Shown here: positions 8,981 through 18,981 of the stretch, one piece after another
Layout of the letters: each line of letters begins with the position of its first letter
How positions within the stretch are numbered: the first letter of the stretch is position 1
Origin: Gemmatimonadales bacterium
Lineage (GTDB): Bacteria > Gemmatimonadota > Gemmatimonadetes > Gemmatimonadales > GWC2-71-9
Direction: 5' to 3'
Length of the DNA stretch: 64,000 bases
Assembly: GCA_041615815.1 (NCBI GenBank)
Contig: JBFJCP010000003.1
Span: 1-64,000 of the forward strand
Program-made: the position numbers and the translations under genes
Notes under the pieces: model-generated
Database searches by the model: none
Seen by the model: the letters and a program-made list of their open reading frames with translations, nothing else
Told to the model about the DNA's origin: nothing

Positions 8981-9934
8981 ATGGCTGAGATTTCGCTTCG
9001 TAGCAGCAAGATGTTGCTCATGTGCGGGACCGCCAATCGCCCCCTGGCGGAGGCGATCGGGGCCGAAGTGCACCAACCGTTGTGCAGCGTCACGATTCGG
9101 CGGTTTGCCGACGGCGAGATCTTCGTCAAGATCGATGAGAACGTGCGTGGGCAGGACGTCTTCATCGTGCAGCCCACCAATCCGCCGGCTGAGAACATCC
9201 TCGAGCTGCTGCTCTTGATCGATGCGGCCAAGCGGGCCAGTGCGGCACGGGTCACGGCGGTGGTACCCTACTTCGGGTACGCCCGGCAGGATCGGAAAGA
9301 CCAGCCGCGGGTGGCCATCAGCGCGAAACTGATGGCGAATGTCATTACGACGGCAGGCGCCGATCGCGTGCTGGCGATCGACTTCCACCAGCACCAGCTC
9401 CAGGGATTCTTCGACATCCCGGTGGACCACTTGTATGCGGCGCCGGTCCTCGTGCAGCACTACCGCCAGAAGCGGATGCACCACCCCGTCGTCGTGGCCC
9501 CGGACGTGGGGGCGGCCAAGATGGCACGAGGCTTCGCCAAGCGACTCGATGCGTCGCTGGCCATCATCGACAAGCGACGCCCCTCGGCAAACATCGCCGA
9601 GGTCGTGAACGTCGTGGGAGAGGTCGAGGGCCGAGATTGTCTCCTCGTGGATGACATGATCGACACGGCGGGCACCATGGTCGAGGCGGCCACGGCGCTC
9701 GCGCGGCTGGGCGCGAACAATGTGTACTGCTGCGCGTCTCACGCGTTGCTCTCGGGACCTGCGGTGGACCGTATCTCCGCCTCACCGCTGAAAGAGGTGG
9801 CCGTCACCGACACCATCGCCATTCCGAGGGAGCGAGCGTTCGACAAGCTGCGCGTTCTGTCCATCGCGCCGCTCCTCGCACAGGCGATTCGGTTTACCCA
9901 CAGCGATCAGTCGGTGAGTTCGTTGTTTGATTGA
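8981..9934 (+). CDS. prs: Ribose-phosphate pyrophosphokinase
   Basis: RFADGE, PYFGYARQDRK, LVDDMIDTAGT. Confidence 0.97.
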   Translation: MAEISLRSSKMLLMCGTANRPLAEAIGAEVHQPLCSVTIRRFADGEIFVKIDENVRGQDVFIVQPTNPPAENILELLLLIDAAKRASAARVTAVVPYFGYARQDRKDQPRVAISAKLMANVITTAGADRVLAIDFHQHQLQGFFDIPVDHLYAAPVLVQHYRQKRMHHPVVVAPDVGAAKMARGFAKRLDASLAIIDKRRPSANIAEVVNVVGEVEGRDCLLVDDMIDTAGTMVEAATALARLGANNVYCCASHALLSGPAVDRISASPLKEVAVTDTIAIPRERAFDKLRVLSIAPLLAQAIRFTHSDQSVSSLFD

Positions 9935-10028
9935 TCGGTGGGATAGGCGAGCGGCGGCCGTTCGACAAGCCAAGTGACCAAATCGCAAGTTCCCCAACGG
10001 GACCTTGCCGTAACACGAAGGACGACAG

Positions 10029-10700
10029 ATGGCTCAACAAGTCTTACTCAACGCCGAACGCCGCGCGGAACGGGGCAAGGGCGCCGCGCGCAAGCTGCGC
10101 AGCCGTGGCCAAATCCCCGCTGTGATCTATGGACACGGACGCGATCCCGAGGCGCTGGCGGTATCCGCCATGGAGTTGGATAAAGCGCTCCAAGGCATCG
10201 CGGCCGAGAGCACGGTCATCGACCTGTCCGTGGACGGGCAGGGTGTTCAGGCACTGATCCGCGAGATCCAGCGTCATCCGACGCGCATGACCATCACCCA
10301 CGTGGACTTCTACGAGATCCACGCCGGCGAGAAGATCACCCTCGACGTCCCCATACGCTTGGTGGGATCTCCCGAGGGGGTCCGCAACGGCGGCGGGGTG
10401 CTCGAGCAGTTCCTGCGGGAGATCGAGGTCGAGGTGCTGCCCCGAGACATCCCGGAGCATGTCGACGTCGACGTCACCGAGTTGGCGATCGGGAAGTCGC
10501 TGCACGTGGAAGACATCACGATCCCCGATGCCAAGATTCTGACCGACGCCGACACCACGATCTGCACGGTGGTGCCGCCGCGGGTCGAAGAAGAGGCGCC
10601 GGTCGAAGCCGTCGTCGAGGAAGAGGCCGTCGAGCCCGAGCTCATTCGGAAGCCCAAGGCGGAAGGGGAGCCGGAGGCCGGCGAGCGGGAAGAGGACTAG
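10029..10700 (+). CDS. rplY: 50S ribosomal protein L25/Ctc (long form)
   Basis: GKGAARKLR..IPAVIYG, HVDF, acidic tail. Confidence 0.95.
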   Translation: MAQQVLLNAERRAERGKGAARKLRSRGQIPAVIYGHGRDPEALAVSAMELDKALQGIAAESTVIDLSVDGQGVQALIREIQRHPTRMTITHVDFYEIHAGEKITLDVPIRLVGSPEGVRNGGGVLEQFLREIEVEVLPRDIPEHVDVDVTELAIGKSLHVEDITIPDAKILTDADTTICTVVPPRVEEEAPVEAVVEEEAVEPELIRKPKAEGEPEAGEREED

Positions 10701-10703
10701 CCG

Positions 10704-11288
10704 CTGCGCGCCGTCGTCGCACTGGGGAATCCCGGCTCGGCGTACGCGGCGACGCGACACAACGCTGGCTTCCTCTTGGGAGACGCACTCGCCACCCGGT
10801 GGCGCTTTCCGGCGTTCCGACGCTCCGGGCGCGCCCTGGCGACCGAGGGAACGGTCCACGACCAGACCGTCACGATCGTCAAGCCACAGACGTATATGAA
10901 CCTCTCGGGCGAGGCGCTCGAGACTCTCCGTGCCCGAGAGCATTTCCAGGTGAGTCGTGACCTCCTGGTCCTGGTGGACGAATTCGCGCTCCCCCTCGGT
11001 ACGTTCCGTCTGCGCGCCCGGGGATCAGCGGGCGGCCATCGCGGTCTGGAAAGCGTCGAAGCGACCTTCGGAACCCGTGACTATTGTCGGCTGCGCATCG
11101 GGATCGGGCCCCTGCCCGATCACGTGCACGATTGGGCCGATTACGTATTGGCACCGTTCACCCGTGCCGAGCAAGAGATGTTCATCGAGCTCGTGCCCGT
11201 CCTCGGCGACGCGGTCGAGTGTTGGATCACGGACGGCATCGAGACGGCCATGAACCGCTTCAACCGACGAGGTTCACAGAGTGATTGA
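10704..11288 (+). CDS. pth: Peptidyl-tRNA hydrolase (probable CTG start)
   Basis: [17 protein letters not shown] lies upstream of the ORF-track start; [25 protein letters not shown]. Confidence 0.93.
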   Translation: MRAVVALGNPGSAYAATRHNAGFLLGDALATRWRFPAFRRSGRALATEGTVHDQTVTIVKPQTYMNLSGEALETLRAREHFQVSRDLLVLVDEFALPLGTFRLRARGSAGGHRGLESVEATFGTRDYCRLRIGIGPLPDHVHDWADYVLAPFTRAEQEMFIELVPVLGDAVECWITDGIETAMNRFNRRGSQSD

Positions 11289-13338
11289 CTACGGCATCCT
11301 CCCCACGACGGCCATCGCCGCTGGCGCGTTCGGTCTGATCGTGGCCTGGTTGACTTCCATGTACATCCGACGCCAACCCAACGGGAATGAGCGGATGCAG
11401 GAGATCGAAGGCCTGGTCTTCACGGGCGCGATGGCATTCCTCCGGCGCGAGTACACCGCCCTCATACCCTTCCTGATCGTGGTGGCCGGTCTCCTCGCCT
11501 GGCTCATTGGGTGGCGCACGGCGACGGCCTACCTCGGGGGGGGCATTTGTTCGGTGCTCGCGGGGTATTTCGGGATGCGTGCTGCCACGCGCGCCAACGC
11601 TCGCACCAGCGAAGCCGCACGAGCCACCGGGCAGGCCATGGCGCTCCGGATCGCGTTCAATGGGGGAGCCGTGATGGGCCTGTCCGTGGCAAGCCTCGGG
11701 CTGCTGGGGATCGGTATCGTCATGCGCGTCTACATGGGGACGCCCAGCACCGATACCGCGTGGAAAGCGTTTAGCGAGATCATCACCGGGTTTGCCATGG
11801 GAGCCTCGTCGATCGCGCTCTTCGCCCGCGTGGGTGGCGGCATCTACACGAAGGCGGCGGATGTCGGCGCGGACCTCGTCGGGAAAGTCGAGGCCGGCAT
11901 TCCCGAGGACGATCCGCGAAATCCCGCCACTATCGCCGACAACGTTGGAGACAACGTGGGAGACGTGGCGGGGATGGGCGCTGACATCTTCGAGAGCTAC
12001 GTGGGTGCCGTCATCGCCACGATCGCCATCGCCGCAACCAGCCCACTGGTGACCAACCGCATGGCTGCCGTGGCGCTCCCAGTCATGTACATCCTCGTGG
12101 GGCTCGCCGCGAGCTTGATTGCGGTGTGGGCATTCCGTCTCCTCGAACGAACCAATCCCGCTGGCGCGTTGCGGTGGGCGACCTTCATCGCGGCAGGACT
12201 TTTTCTGGCGGCGGCGTACGTGATCACGGCGCGCGTCGACATCGGGCTCATGACCGCGCAGGGCGCGGGGAACCCGCTCGGTCCCTTCTGGGCTGTGGTC
12301 ATCGGCACGGTCGCCGGGATTGGCATTGGCCTCGCGACCGAGTACTACACGGCCGCCAAACCCATTCGGACCATTGCGGAGGCGTCGCTCACCGGGCCGG
12401 CCACCAACATCATTTCCGGACTCGCCGTTGGCATGCGCTCCACGGCAGTGCCGCTCCTGGTGATTGCCGGTGCCATCTGGGTGGCCTTCACAAATGCTGG
12501 GCTCTATGGCATCGGAATCGCCGCTGTGGGCATGCTGGCCACGGTGGGGGTCACCATGTCCGTCGACGCCTACGGGCCCATCGCGGACAACGCCGGTGGC
12601 ATCAGCGAGATGAGTGGGCTCGGGCCCGACGTCCGCAAGATCACCGATAGCTTGGACGCTTTGGGAAACACTACCGCCGCGATCGGCAAGGGCTTTGCCA
12701 TCGGTTCGGCCGCGCTCACCGCGCTTGCGCTGTTCAGCGCCTACGCCAACGCCGTGACACCCTCCGGACAGCCACCCGTTGTCTTGGATATCGTCAACCC
12801 CAACGTCGTGATTGGCATCTTTTTGGGAGGAATCCTTCCCTTCTTCATCGCCGCTACCACCATGACGGCCGTGGGCCGCGCTGCCGAAGGCATGGTCCAG
12901 GAGGTGCGCCGGCAATTTCGCGAAATCAAGGGACTGATGGAGGGCACCGCGAAACCCGACAGCGCGCGGTGTGTCGACATCTCGACTCGGGCGGCGCTCC
13001 GAGAGATGATCCTCCCAGGCATCACCGCCATCGTGGCGCCGGTGGTCGTCGGCAAGCTGCTCGGTGTCGAGACCCTGGGCGGGCTCCTCGCCGGTGCGAC
13101 CTTGACCGGGGTGGTCATGGCCCTGTTCATGGCGAACGCGGGCGGGGCGTGGGACAACGCGAAAAAGCACATCGAGGGCGGCGCGCACGGCGGGAAGGGC
13201 TCAGATCCTCACAAGGCCGCCGTCGTGGGCGATACCGTGGGCGATCCCTTCAAGGATACCAGCGGTCCGTCGCTCAACATTCTCATCAAGCTCATGTCCG
13301 TCGTGAGCCTGGTATTGGCGCCCTGGTTCATCGGATGA
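11281..13338 (+). CDS. hppA: Membrane cation-translocating pyrophosphatase, K+-dependent type
   Basis: [38 protein letters not shown] (Ala at this position indicates K+ dependence). Confidence 0.95.
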   Translation: MIDYGILPTTAIAAGAFGLIVAWLTSMYIRRQPNGNERMQEIEGLVFTGAMAFLRREYTALIPFLIVVAGLLAWLIGWRTATAYLGGGICSVLAGYFGMRAATRANARTSEAARATGQAMALRIAFNGGAVMGLSVASLGLLGIGIVMRVYMGTPSTDTAWKAFSEIITGFAMGASSIALFARVGGGIYTKAADVGADLVGKVEAGIPEDDPRNPATIADNVGDNVGDVAGMGADIFESYVGAVIATIAIAATSPLVTNRMAAVALPVMYILVGLAASLIAVWAFRLLERTNPAGALRWATFIAAGLFLAAAYVITARVDIGLMTAQGAGNPLGPFWAVVIGTVAGIGIGLATEYYTAAKPIRTIAEASLTGPATNIISGLAVGMRSTAVPLLVIAGAIWVAFTNAGLYGIGIAAVGMLATVGVTMSVDAYGPIADNAGGISEMSGLGPDVRKITDSLDALGNTTAAIGKGFAIGSAALTALALFSAYANAVTPSGQPPVVLDIVNPNVVIGIFLGGILPFFIAATTMTAVGRAAEGMVQEVRRQFREIKGLMEGTAKPDSARCVDISTRAALREMILPGITAIVAPVVVGKLLGVETLGGLLAGATLTGVVMALFMANAGGAWDNAKKHIEGGAHGGKGSDPHKAAVVGDTVGDPFKDTSGPSLNILIKLMSVVSLVLAPWFIG

Positions 13339-13368
13339 TGGAGCAAACCTAGGGATCGAAGCGCTGCG

Positions 13369-13431
13369 TCTGCCGCCTCTGCCGCCCGTGCCGCCGACTC
13401 GAAACGGCAGGGGCCGCAGGAGCAGCAGGGG
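13369..13431. repeat. 9-mer tandem array followed by a complementary array
   Basis: TCTGCCGCC TCTGCCGCC CGTGCCGCC ... CGGCAGGGG CCGCAGGAG CAGCAGGGG. Confidence 0.6.
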
Positions 13432-13457
13432 CCGCATCAATCTCTCACTGCGCCCTC

Positions 13458-14558
13458 ATGCTCCGCCTCGGCATCGTCGGCCTTCCGAACGTCGGCAAAT
13501 CGACCCTGTTCAACGCCCTCACCGCCGCCGGTGCGGCAGCGGAGAATTATCCGTTTTGCACCGTCGATCCCAATGTGGGCGTGGTTCCCGTACCCGACGA
13601 GCGACTCACGCGGCTCGCTGACGTCGTCCAGCCGCCCAAGGTGGTGCCCGCCACCGTCGAGTTCGTGGATATCGCCGGGCTGGTGAGAGGGGCGAGTCGA
13701 GGCGAAGGCCTCGGCAACAAATTCCTTTCGCACATTCGCGACGTCGACGCGATCATTCACGTGGTCCGATGCTTCGAGGATCCGGATGTGACCCACGTGA
13801 TGGCCGGGGTGAATCCCGAGCGCGACCACGACGTGATCACGGCCGAGCTCGCACTGGCGGATCTCGGCGTCGCGGAGCGGCGATTGGAGCGCGTGGAGAA
13901 GACCGCGCGTGCTGGCGACGAAGACGCTCAGGAAGAAGCCCGCTTGTTGGCCCGCGTAATCGACGAACTCAACGCCGGCCGCGGCGCACGCGAGGCGGCA
14001 AGCTCGCCCGAGGACCGACGGAGGCTCAAGCAACTCGGCATGCTGACGCTCAAGCCGATTCTCTACGCCGCCAACGTGGCCGAAGAGGACCTCACACGGG
14101 GGACCTCGCCCGCCGTGCAAGAGCTGGAAGCAGCCGTGCGCGAACACCATGAACTGGCAGAGGTGGTGGTCTTTTCCGCCAAGTTCGAGGCCGAGCTGGC
14201 CGAGTTGGGACGGGAGGAACGTCTCGAGTTTCTCGAAGCGGCTGGTGTTCACGCCTCCGGACTCGAACGCCTGATCCAAGCCGGATATCGGTTGTTGGGC
14301 CTCGAGACCTTCTTCACAGTGGGCGACAAGGAAGTCCGCGCCTGGACGATTCGGGTGGGCGCGACCGCCTTCGAGGCGGCCGGAGAGATCCATACGGACT
14401 TCCAGCGAGGCTTCATCCGCGCGGAGACAATCCACGTCGAGGAGTTCATCACGGCTGGGTCCTACAAGGCGGCCCGGGAACGGGGAGTCATGCGGAGTGA
14501 AGGACGGGACTACGTGGTGAAGGACGGAGATGTGTTGTTGTTCCGGTTCAATGTCTAG
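13458..14558 (+). CDS. ychF: Redox-regulated ribosome-binding ATPase YchF
   Basis: [30 protein letters not shown] domain. Confidence 0.97.
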   Translation: MLRLGIVGLPNVGKSTLFNALTAAGAAAENYPFCTVDPNVGVVPVPDERLTRLADVVQPPKVVPATVEFVDIAGLVRGASRGEGLGNKFLSHIRDVDAIIHVVRCFEDPDVTHVMAGVNPERDHDVITAELALADLGVAERRLERVEKTARAGDEDAQEEARLLARVIDELNAGRGAREAASSPEDRRRLKQLGMLTLKPILYAANVAEEDLTRGTSPAVQELEAAVREHHELAEVVVFSAKFEAELAELGREERLEFLEAAGVHASGLERLIQAGYRLLGLETFFTVGDKEVRAWTIRVGATAFEAAGEIHTDFQRGFIRAETIHVEEFITAGSYKAARERGVMRSEGRDYVVKDGDVLLFRFNV

Positions 14559-14716
14559 GGTCTGGTGCTCGGGCTCTGGCTACGGACGAGGGGCTAGGGG
14601 ACGAGGACGAAGGGACGGGAACGTCGGCGGGCCTGCAACAGCGGTTTTTGACCTAGCCTCTAAGCCCCCAACACCTACCGATCACACCCTCTCCCCACTA
14701 TCTTCCCCCTTCACAT

Positions 14717-14770
14717 ATCCCCTACTCCGCCCCACACCTGGGCGGGGTCTCACGGCCAAAGGGAGGTGTC
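14717..14770 (+). promoter_or_regulatory. Candidate S6:S18 autoregulatory leader
   Basis: 9-bp inner stem (14724-32/14740-48), CCA in an internal loop, outer CCCT pairing with AGGG of the SD, directly before rpsF. Confidence 0.5.
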
Positions 14771-15124
14771 ATGGCTCGTCAGTACGAGATCGTCTACATC
14801 TTCGACAGTACCCTGGAAGAAGCGCAGGTGAATGAGCACCTGGAGCGGCATCACGCGCTGCTCAAAACCGCGGACTATCCCGAACCGGTCACCGACGTCA
14901 ATCACTGGGGGAAGCGGACCCTGGCATACCCCATCAAGAAGAAGGAGACGGGGTATTACGTCGTCACGCACTTCGAGACCGACACGGCAGTACTCGGTGA
15001 GTTCGAGCGTGCGCTCAAGTTGGACGAGGCCGTCTTGCGGCACCTCATTGTGCTGAACGAAGGTGTCACGGCGGCGGCGACGGTTGGAGACCAGGACGAC
15101 GGCGAGGAGGAGCCCGACTCATGA
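14771..15124 (+). CDS. rpsF: 30S ribosomal protein S6
   Basis: RQYEIVYI, WGKRTLAYPI, VLRHL. Confidence 0.96.
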   Translation: MARQYEIVYIFDSTLEEAQVNEHLERHHALLKTADYPEPVTDVNHWGKRTLAYPIKKKETGYYVVTHFETDTAVLGEFERALKLDEAVLRHLIVLNEGVTAAATVGDQDDGEEEPDS

Positions 15125-15336
15125 GACGAAAGACCTGTCCCATCTGCGAGGCGGGCATCCGCTACGTCGACTACAAAGACGAGCGTGTCGTAGGGCGGTT
15201 CATTACCGAGCGCGGCAAGATCCTGCCGAGCCGGTTGTCCGGCATGTGCGCGCGTCATCAGCGACAGATGTCGCGCGCCATCAAGCGGGCTCGCTTCCTC
15301 GCGTTGGTCCCGTTCATCAAGGGATTCGCAGGCTAG
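15121..15336 (+). CDS. rpsR: 30S ribosomal protein S18 (Zn-binding C+ form)
   Basis: CPIC..DYKD..ERGKILPSR..C.RHQR..IKRAR. Confidence 0.96.
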   Translation: MRRKTCPICEAGIRYVDYKDERVVGRFITERGKILPSRLSGMCARHQRQMSRAIKRARFLALVPFIKGFAG

Positions 15337-16302
15337 ATGCTCTTCCCGTCCGAGCATCGCGGGCTCGGGCGTCTGGTGGTGGCAGCGATCGCGTTTGGGA
15401 TTCTGGCCCCGCCGGCACTGTTTGCACTCCCGTTGGCCGCGCTCCTGTTGGCCTCACGACCGCGAACAGCGCCGGAATTCATCGCCCTCGCCCTCGCCGG
15501 TGGCGTCGCGCTGTGGTGGCTGATGGCGGCAGGCGATCTCCCGGATCAGCTGCTTCGCGCCGCGGCGCTGTTTGCAGCGATCGTGTTCACCGTCACCTCG
15601 CTGCGAACGCGCGCCACCGTCACTCACCGGGCCCTGCACGCGGTCACCGTGGCCGCCGCGGGTGTAGCCGGGTTGATCGTGTTGCTCGGTACCTCGTGGG
15701 GTGAGATCCGCTGGTGGGTGGCCCACCGGACCGGCATGACGGCCCGCGGCATCATCGGCATGCTGTGGACCGCGACCCCGTCGGGTTCGACCGGTGCGGA
15801 TTCCACCGCTGCCGAACATTCCACGCTGCAACAGTTCCAGACTGGGCTCGCAGACCTCGTCCCGTTGATCGCTGATTACTACCCGGCCATCGTGGCGGCG
15901 CAGCTGGTCGTTGGATTGGTGCTGGCCACGGCCATCTGCCAGCGTGTCGCCACGCGGCCGATCGGGATCCCACTGCAGCCGCTGCGAACGTTTCGGTTCT
16001 CCGAGCATTTGGGATGGGCGGCGGTGATCGGCCTCGCCGTCGTCCTCGTCCCGAAGCTGGCAGCGGGTAAACTGGCCGCCGCCAACATGCTGGTCGTGGT
16101 GGGGGCGCTGTATGCCCTTCGCGGATTCGCAGTGGCCGCCTTTGGGTTCACCGCGCTGGGCGGTGGAGCCTTCCTTATCATTCTCTTCGGACTCATTTTT
16201 CTTTTTCTCATGCCAATCGTGCTAGCCGGAGCGTTGGTCCTCGGAGTGGTGGACGCCGGGTTCGACCTCCGCGCACGGTGGGGCACGAAATCAGTCGGGT
16301 AA
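15337..16302 (+). CDS. DUF2232/YybS-like membrane protein
   Basis: Polytopic protein in the usual position between rpsR and rplI; C-terminal G..D..FDLR. Confidence 0.7.
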   Translation: MLFPSEHRGLGRLVVAAIAFGILAPPALFALPLAALLLASRPRTAPEFIALALAGGVALWWLMAAGDLPDQLLRAAALFAAIVFTVTSLRTRATVTHRALHAVTVAAAGVAGLIVLLGTSWGEIRWWVAHRTGMTARGIIGMLWTATPSGSTGADSTAAEHSTLQQFQTGLADLVPLIADYYPAIVAAQLVVGLVLATAICQRVATRPIGIPLQPLRTFRFSEHLGWAAVIGLAVVLVPKLAAGKLAAANMLVVVGALYALRGFAVAAFGFTALGGGAFLIILFGLIFLFLMPIVLAGALVLGVVDAGFDLRARWGTKSVG

Positions 16303-16317
16303 CGACAGGAAACGACC

Positions 16318-16761
16318 ATGGAAGTCATTCTCAGACAGACGGTTCCGGAGTTGGGTCGGGCTGGCCAGCTCGTGCAGGTCAAGCCCGGGTATGCCCGGAA
16401 CTACCTCATCCCCCACGGCTTGGCGTATCGGGCCACGGAAGCCAACCGGCGCCGGGCCGCCGCGGAAGCTGTCCGGCACCAGGGTCGCCTCGCTGCGGAA
16501 CAGGGCGACGCTGAAGCACTCGCGCAGCGTTTGGCGGAGATGTCGCTCACCTTCACCGCAAAAGCGGGTGAGGGTGACAAGCTTTTCGGCTCGATCACCG
16601 CGGCGGACATCAGCGGGCAATTGGCAGAGCAGGGCGTCAAAGTGGACAAGCGGATCATCGAGCTGCACGAGCCGATCAAAATGATCGGCGTCTACAAGGT
16701 CCCCATCCGGCTCCATCCCGACGTGCGCGGCGAGGTTCGCGTCTGGGTGGTCAAGGAGTAG
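16318..16761 (+). CDS. rplI: 50S ribosomal protein L9
   Basis: MEVIL..LG..G..V.VKPGYARNYLIP, KLFGSIT. Confidence 0.97.
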   Translation: MEVILRQTVPELGRAGQLVQVKPGYARNYLIPHGLAYRATEANRRRAAAEAVRHQGRLAAEQGDAEALAQRLAEMSLTFTAKAGEGDKLFGSITAADISGQLAEQGVKVDKRIIELHEPIKMIGVYKVPIRLHPDVRGEVRVWVVKE

Positions 16762-18626
16762 TGACAGGAAACCCGGTCGGCATCGCATACCTCGACGGCC
16801 CCCGGTTGCGCCGCTCGTTGTTGGCGGCTGCAGATTGGGTAGAGGCCGGCCGGGAGGAGCTCAACCGCATCAATGTATTTCCGGTGCCGGACGGGGACAC
16901 AGGCACCAACTTCGCCATGACCCTGCGCGCGACCGCCGAACGGGTGCGCGCACTCCGCCACGACGCGCTCCCGGCGGTCTCCAAGGCCATGGCGGAGGCT
17001 TGTATCTTCGGCGCCCGCGGCAACTCCGGCATGCTCCTCTCGCAATTCCTGCTGGGCTTTCGCGAGGCGTTGGGCGATCAAGACCGCGCGTCCGCCTCGG
17101 AGGTGGCACGCGCCATTCGCGCCGGCGCCGAGCGGATCGCGCGGTCGCTCGACGAGCCCGTGGAGGGCACCATCCTCACGGTGTCACGCGACATGGCCGA
17201 TGCAGCGGAACAAGCGGCCCGCCGCACGACCAATTTCGAAATCTTGATGCAGGACGTGTTACGCGACGCGCGCGTGTCGCTCCAACGGACCCCGGAGCTT
17301 CTCGCCGTACTCAAGGAGGCCGGCGTGGTGGACGCGGGCGCCAAGGCGTTCGTCCGTGTCTTCGAGGGCATTGTCCGGCTGATCGAGGGCGATCCCATCG
17401 TGGAGGCCCCCACGCCGATCTACGCGGTGCCGGACGCGGCCGCCCTCGCCGAGGTGGCGGCCGAGCGTGACTTCCAGTACTGCACGGAAGTGCTGGTCCG
17501 AGGAGCGAACTTCCCGCCGACCACCGAGATCCGGGCCGCGTTGCGACCCATGGGCGGGTCCATCGTCGTCCTCGCCAGTGAAGACCTCCTCAAGATGCAC
17601 ATCCATACCGACGCCCCCGACGACGTCTACGCGCTCGCCGAGGGATGGGGGAGGATCGAAACGCAGAAAGCCGATGACATGCGCGAGCAGCACCGGGCGC
17701 GTGGGCACGATGCCCGGCGTCAGATCGCCATCGTCACCGACTCCTCGTGCGATCTCCCGGACGAGGTAGTGGATGCGCACAACCTGATCGTGGTCCCCCT
17801 CCAGGTGATCGAGGGAGACACCACCTACTTGGATCGGGTGGAGATTCAGGGCGCGGAGATCTACGAGCGGATGCGACGCGACGGAGCACATTTTACGACA
17901 TCCCAACCCACACCGGGCGCCCTCAAACAGGCCTTCGAAGACGCCCGGGCCCAGGCGGACTCAGTGATCGGCATTCTGGTTGGTGGCAGCTTGTCCGGCA
18001 CGATCACATCGGCGCAGGCGGCAATCGACGTGGCCGGGCTGGACAATATCGCCATCGTGGATTCCCGCTCCGCGTCCTTCGGCGTCGGGCTTCTGGCGCT
18101 CCGAGCCGCCGAGCTCGCCGAAGCGGGATGGTCCGTGGACCGGATCGTGCCGGAGCTCGAGCGCATTCGAGAGCAATCGGCCGCGTTCTTCACCGTCGAC
18201 ATCTTCGACAATCTGCTCCGTTCCGGACGCGTGGGACGGGGCCGGGCATGGCTCGGAAGCTTGCTGGACATCAAGCCGATTCTGGAGGTCGACCGCTCGG
18301 GCAAAGTCGTGCCGCTGGACCGCGTGCGGGGAAGGGCGGCGTTGGTGGAGCGCGTGCTGCAGCACCTGGATCGCCGCCTGACCCCTCGACCCACTGCCCT
18401 TCGGATCGCGATCGCGCATGCCGACGCCCCCGACGTCGCCGAATCACTGCGGAAAGAGCTGATCCAACGCTACGCGCCACGCGACTGCTTCGTGCAGCAC
18501 GTGACCGCCGCCCTGGGGGTCCACACCGGCCCGGGTGCCTGGGGTATATTCTATCAGATTGAGGACCCACCTTCGACGACCGACGCAGAATCATTCCCAG
18601 AGCCACACGCCACGCACGCAGGCTAG
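16761..18626 (+). CDS. DAK2 (FakA-like) / DegV (FakB-like) fusion, putative fatty acid kinase
   Basis: LNRINVFPVPDGDTGTN, GARGNSG, VVDAGA; C-terminal IVTDSSCDL, TTSQP, LSGT, HTGPG. Confidence 0.88.
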   Translation: MTGNPVGIAYLDGPRLRRSLLAAADWVEAGREELNRINVFPVPDGDTGTNFAMTLRATAERVRALRHDALPAVSKAMAEACIFGARGNSGMLLSQFLLGFREALGDQDRASASEVARAIRAGAERIARSLDEPVEGTILTVSRDMADAAEQAARRTTNFEILMQDVLRDARVSLQRTPELLAVLKEAGVVDAGAKAFVRVFEGIVRLIEGDPIVEAPTPIYAVPDAAALAEVAAERDFQYCTEVLVRGANFPPTTEIRAALRPMGGSIVVLASEDLLKMHIHTDAPDDVYALAEGWGRIETQKADDMREQHRARGHDARRQIAIVTDSSCDLPDEVVDAHNLIVVPLQVIEGDTTYLDRVEIQGAEIYERMRRDGAHFTTSQPTPGALKQAFEDARAQADSVIGILVGGSLSGTITSAQAAIDVAGLDNIAIVDSRSASFGVGLLALRAAELAEAGWSVDRIVPELERIREQSAAFFTVDIFDNLLRSGRVGRGRAWLGSLLDIKPILEVDRSGKVVPLDRVRGRAALVERVLQHLDRRLTPRPTALRIAIAHADAPDVAESLRKELIQRYAPRDCFVQHVTAALGVHTGPGAWGIFYQIEDPPSTTDAESFPEPHATHAG

Positions 18627-18655
18627 CTGCCGCGCACCGAGAACTGCGAGTCGCA

Positions 18656-18979
18656 GTGGACACGCTGGATGAGCGCAAAGCGCTCGACATTGTGGTGCTC
18701 GATCTGCGCAAACTGAGCGATGCGACGGACTACTTCATCATCGCGTCCGGTTCGTCCGACACGCATGTCCGCGCCCTGGCCGAGCACGTGACCGAAGCGC
18801 TGCGTCGCAAAGGGCGTCGACCACACCACGTGGAGGGAATGACCGCCGGCCGATGGGCGCTCTTGGATTACGTCGACTTCGTGGTCCACCTGTTCCACCC
18901 CACGGTACGAGATTTCTATCAGCTCGAACGCCTCTGGGCGGATGCCCCGCTGGTATCGTTCGACGGGAACGCGAGTTGA
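18656..18979 (+). CDS. rsfS: Ribosome silencing factor
   Basis: KALDIVVLD..DYFIIASG, WALLDY, RDFYQLERLW; start uncertain. Confidence 0.92.
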   Translation: MDTLDERKALDIVVLDLRKLSDATDYFIIASGSSDTHVRALAEHVTEALRRKGRRPHHVEGMTAGRWALLDYVDFVVHLFHPTVRDFYQLERLWADAPLVSFDGNAS

Positions 18980-18981
18980 CC

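Noticed and set aside
11260..13188. Long antisense and alternate-frame ORFs (e.g. 642 aa opposite hppA; also opposite smc, mla and rimO)
   Set aside because: Shadow ORFs expected at high GC; they overlap well-supported genes and show no motifs
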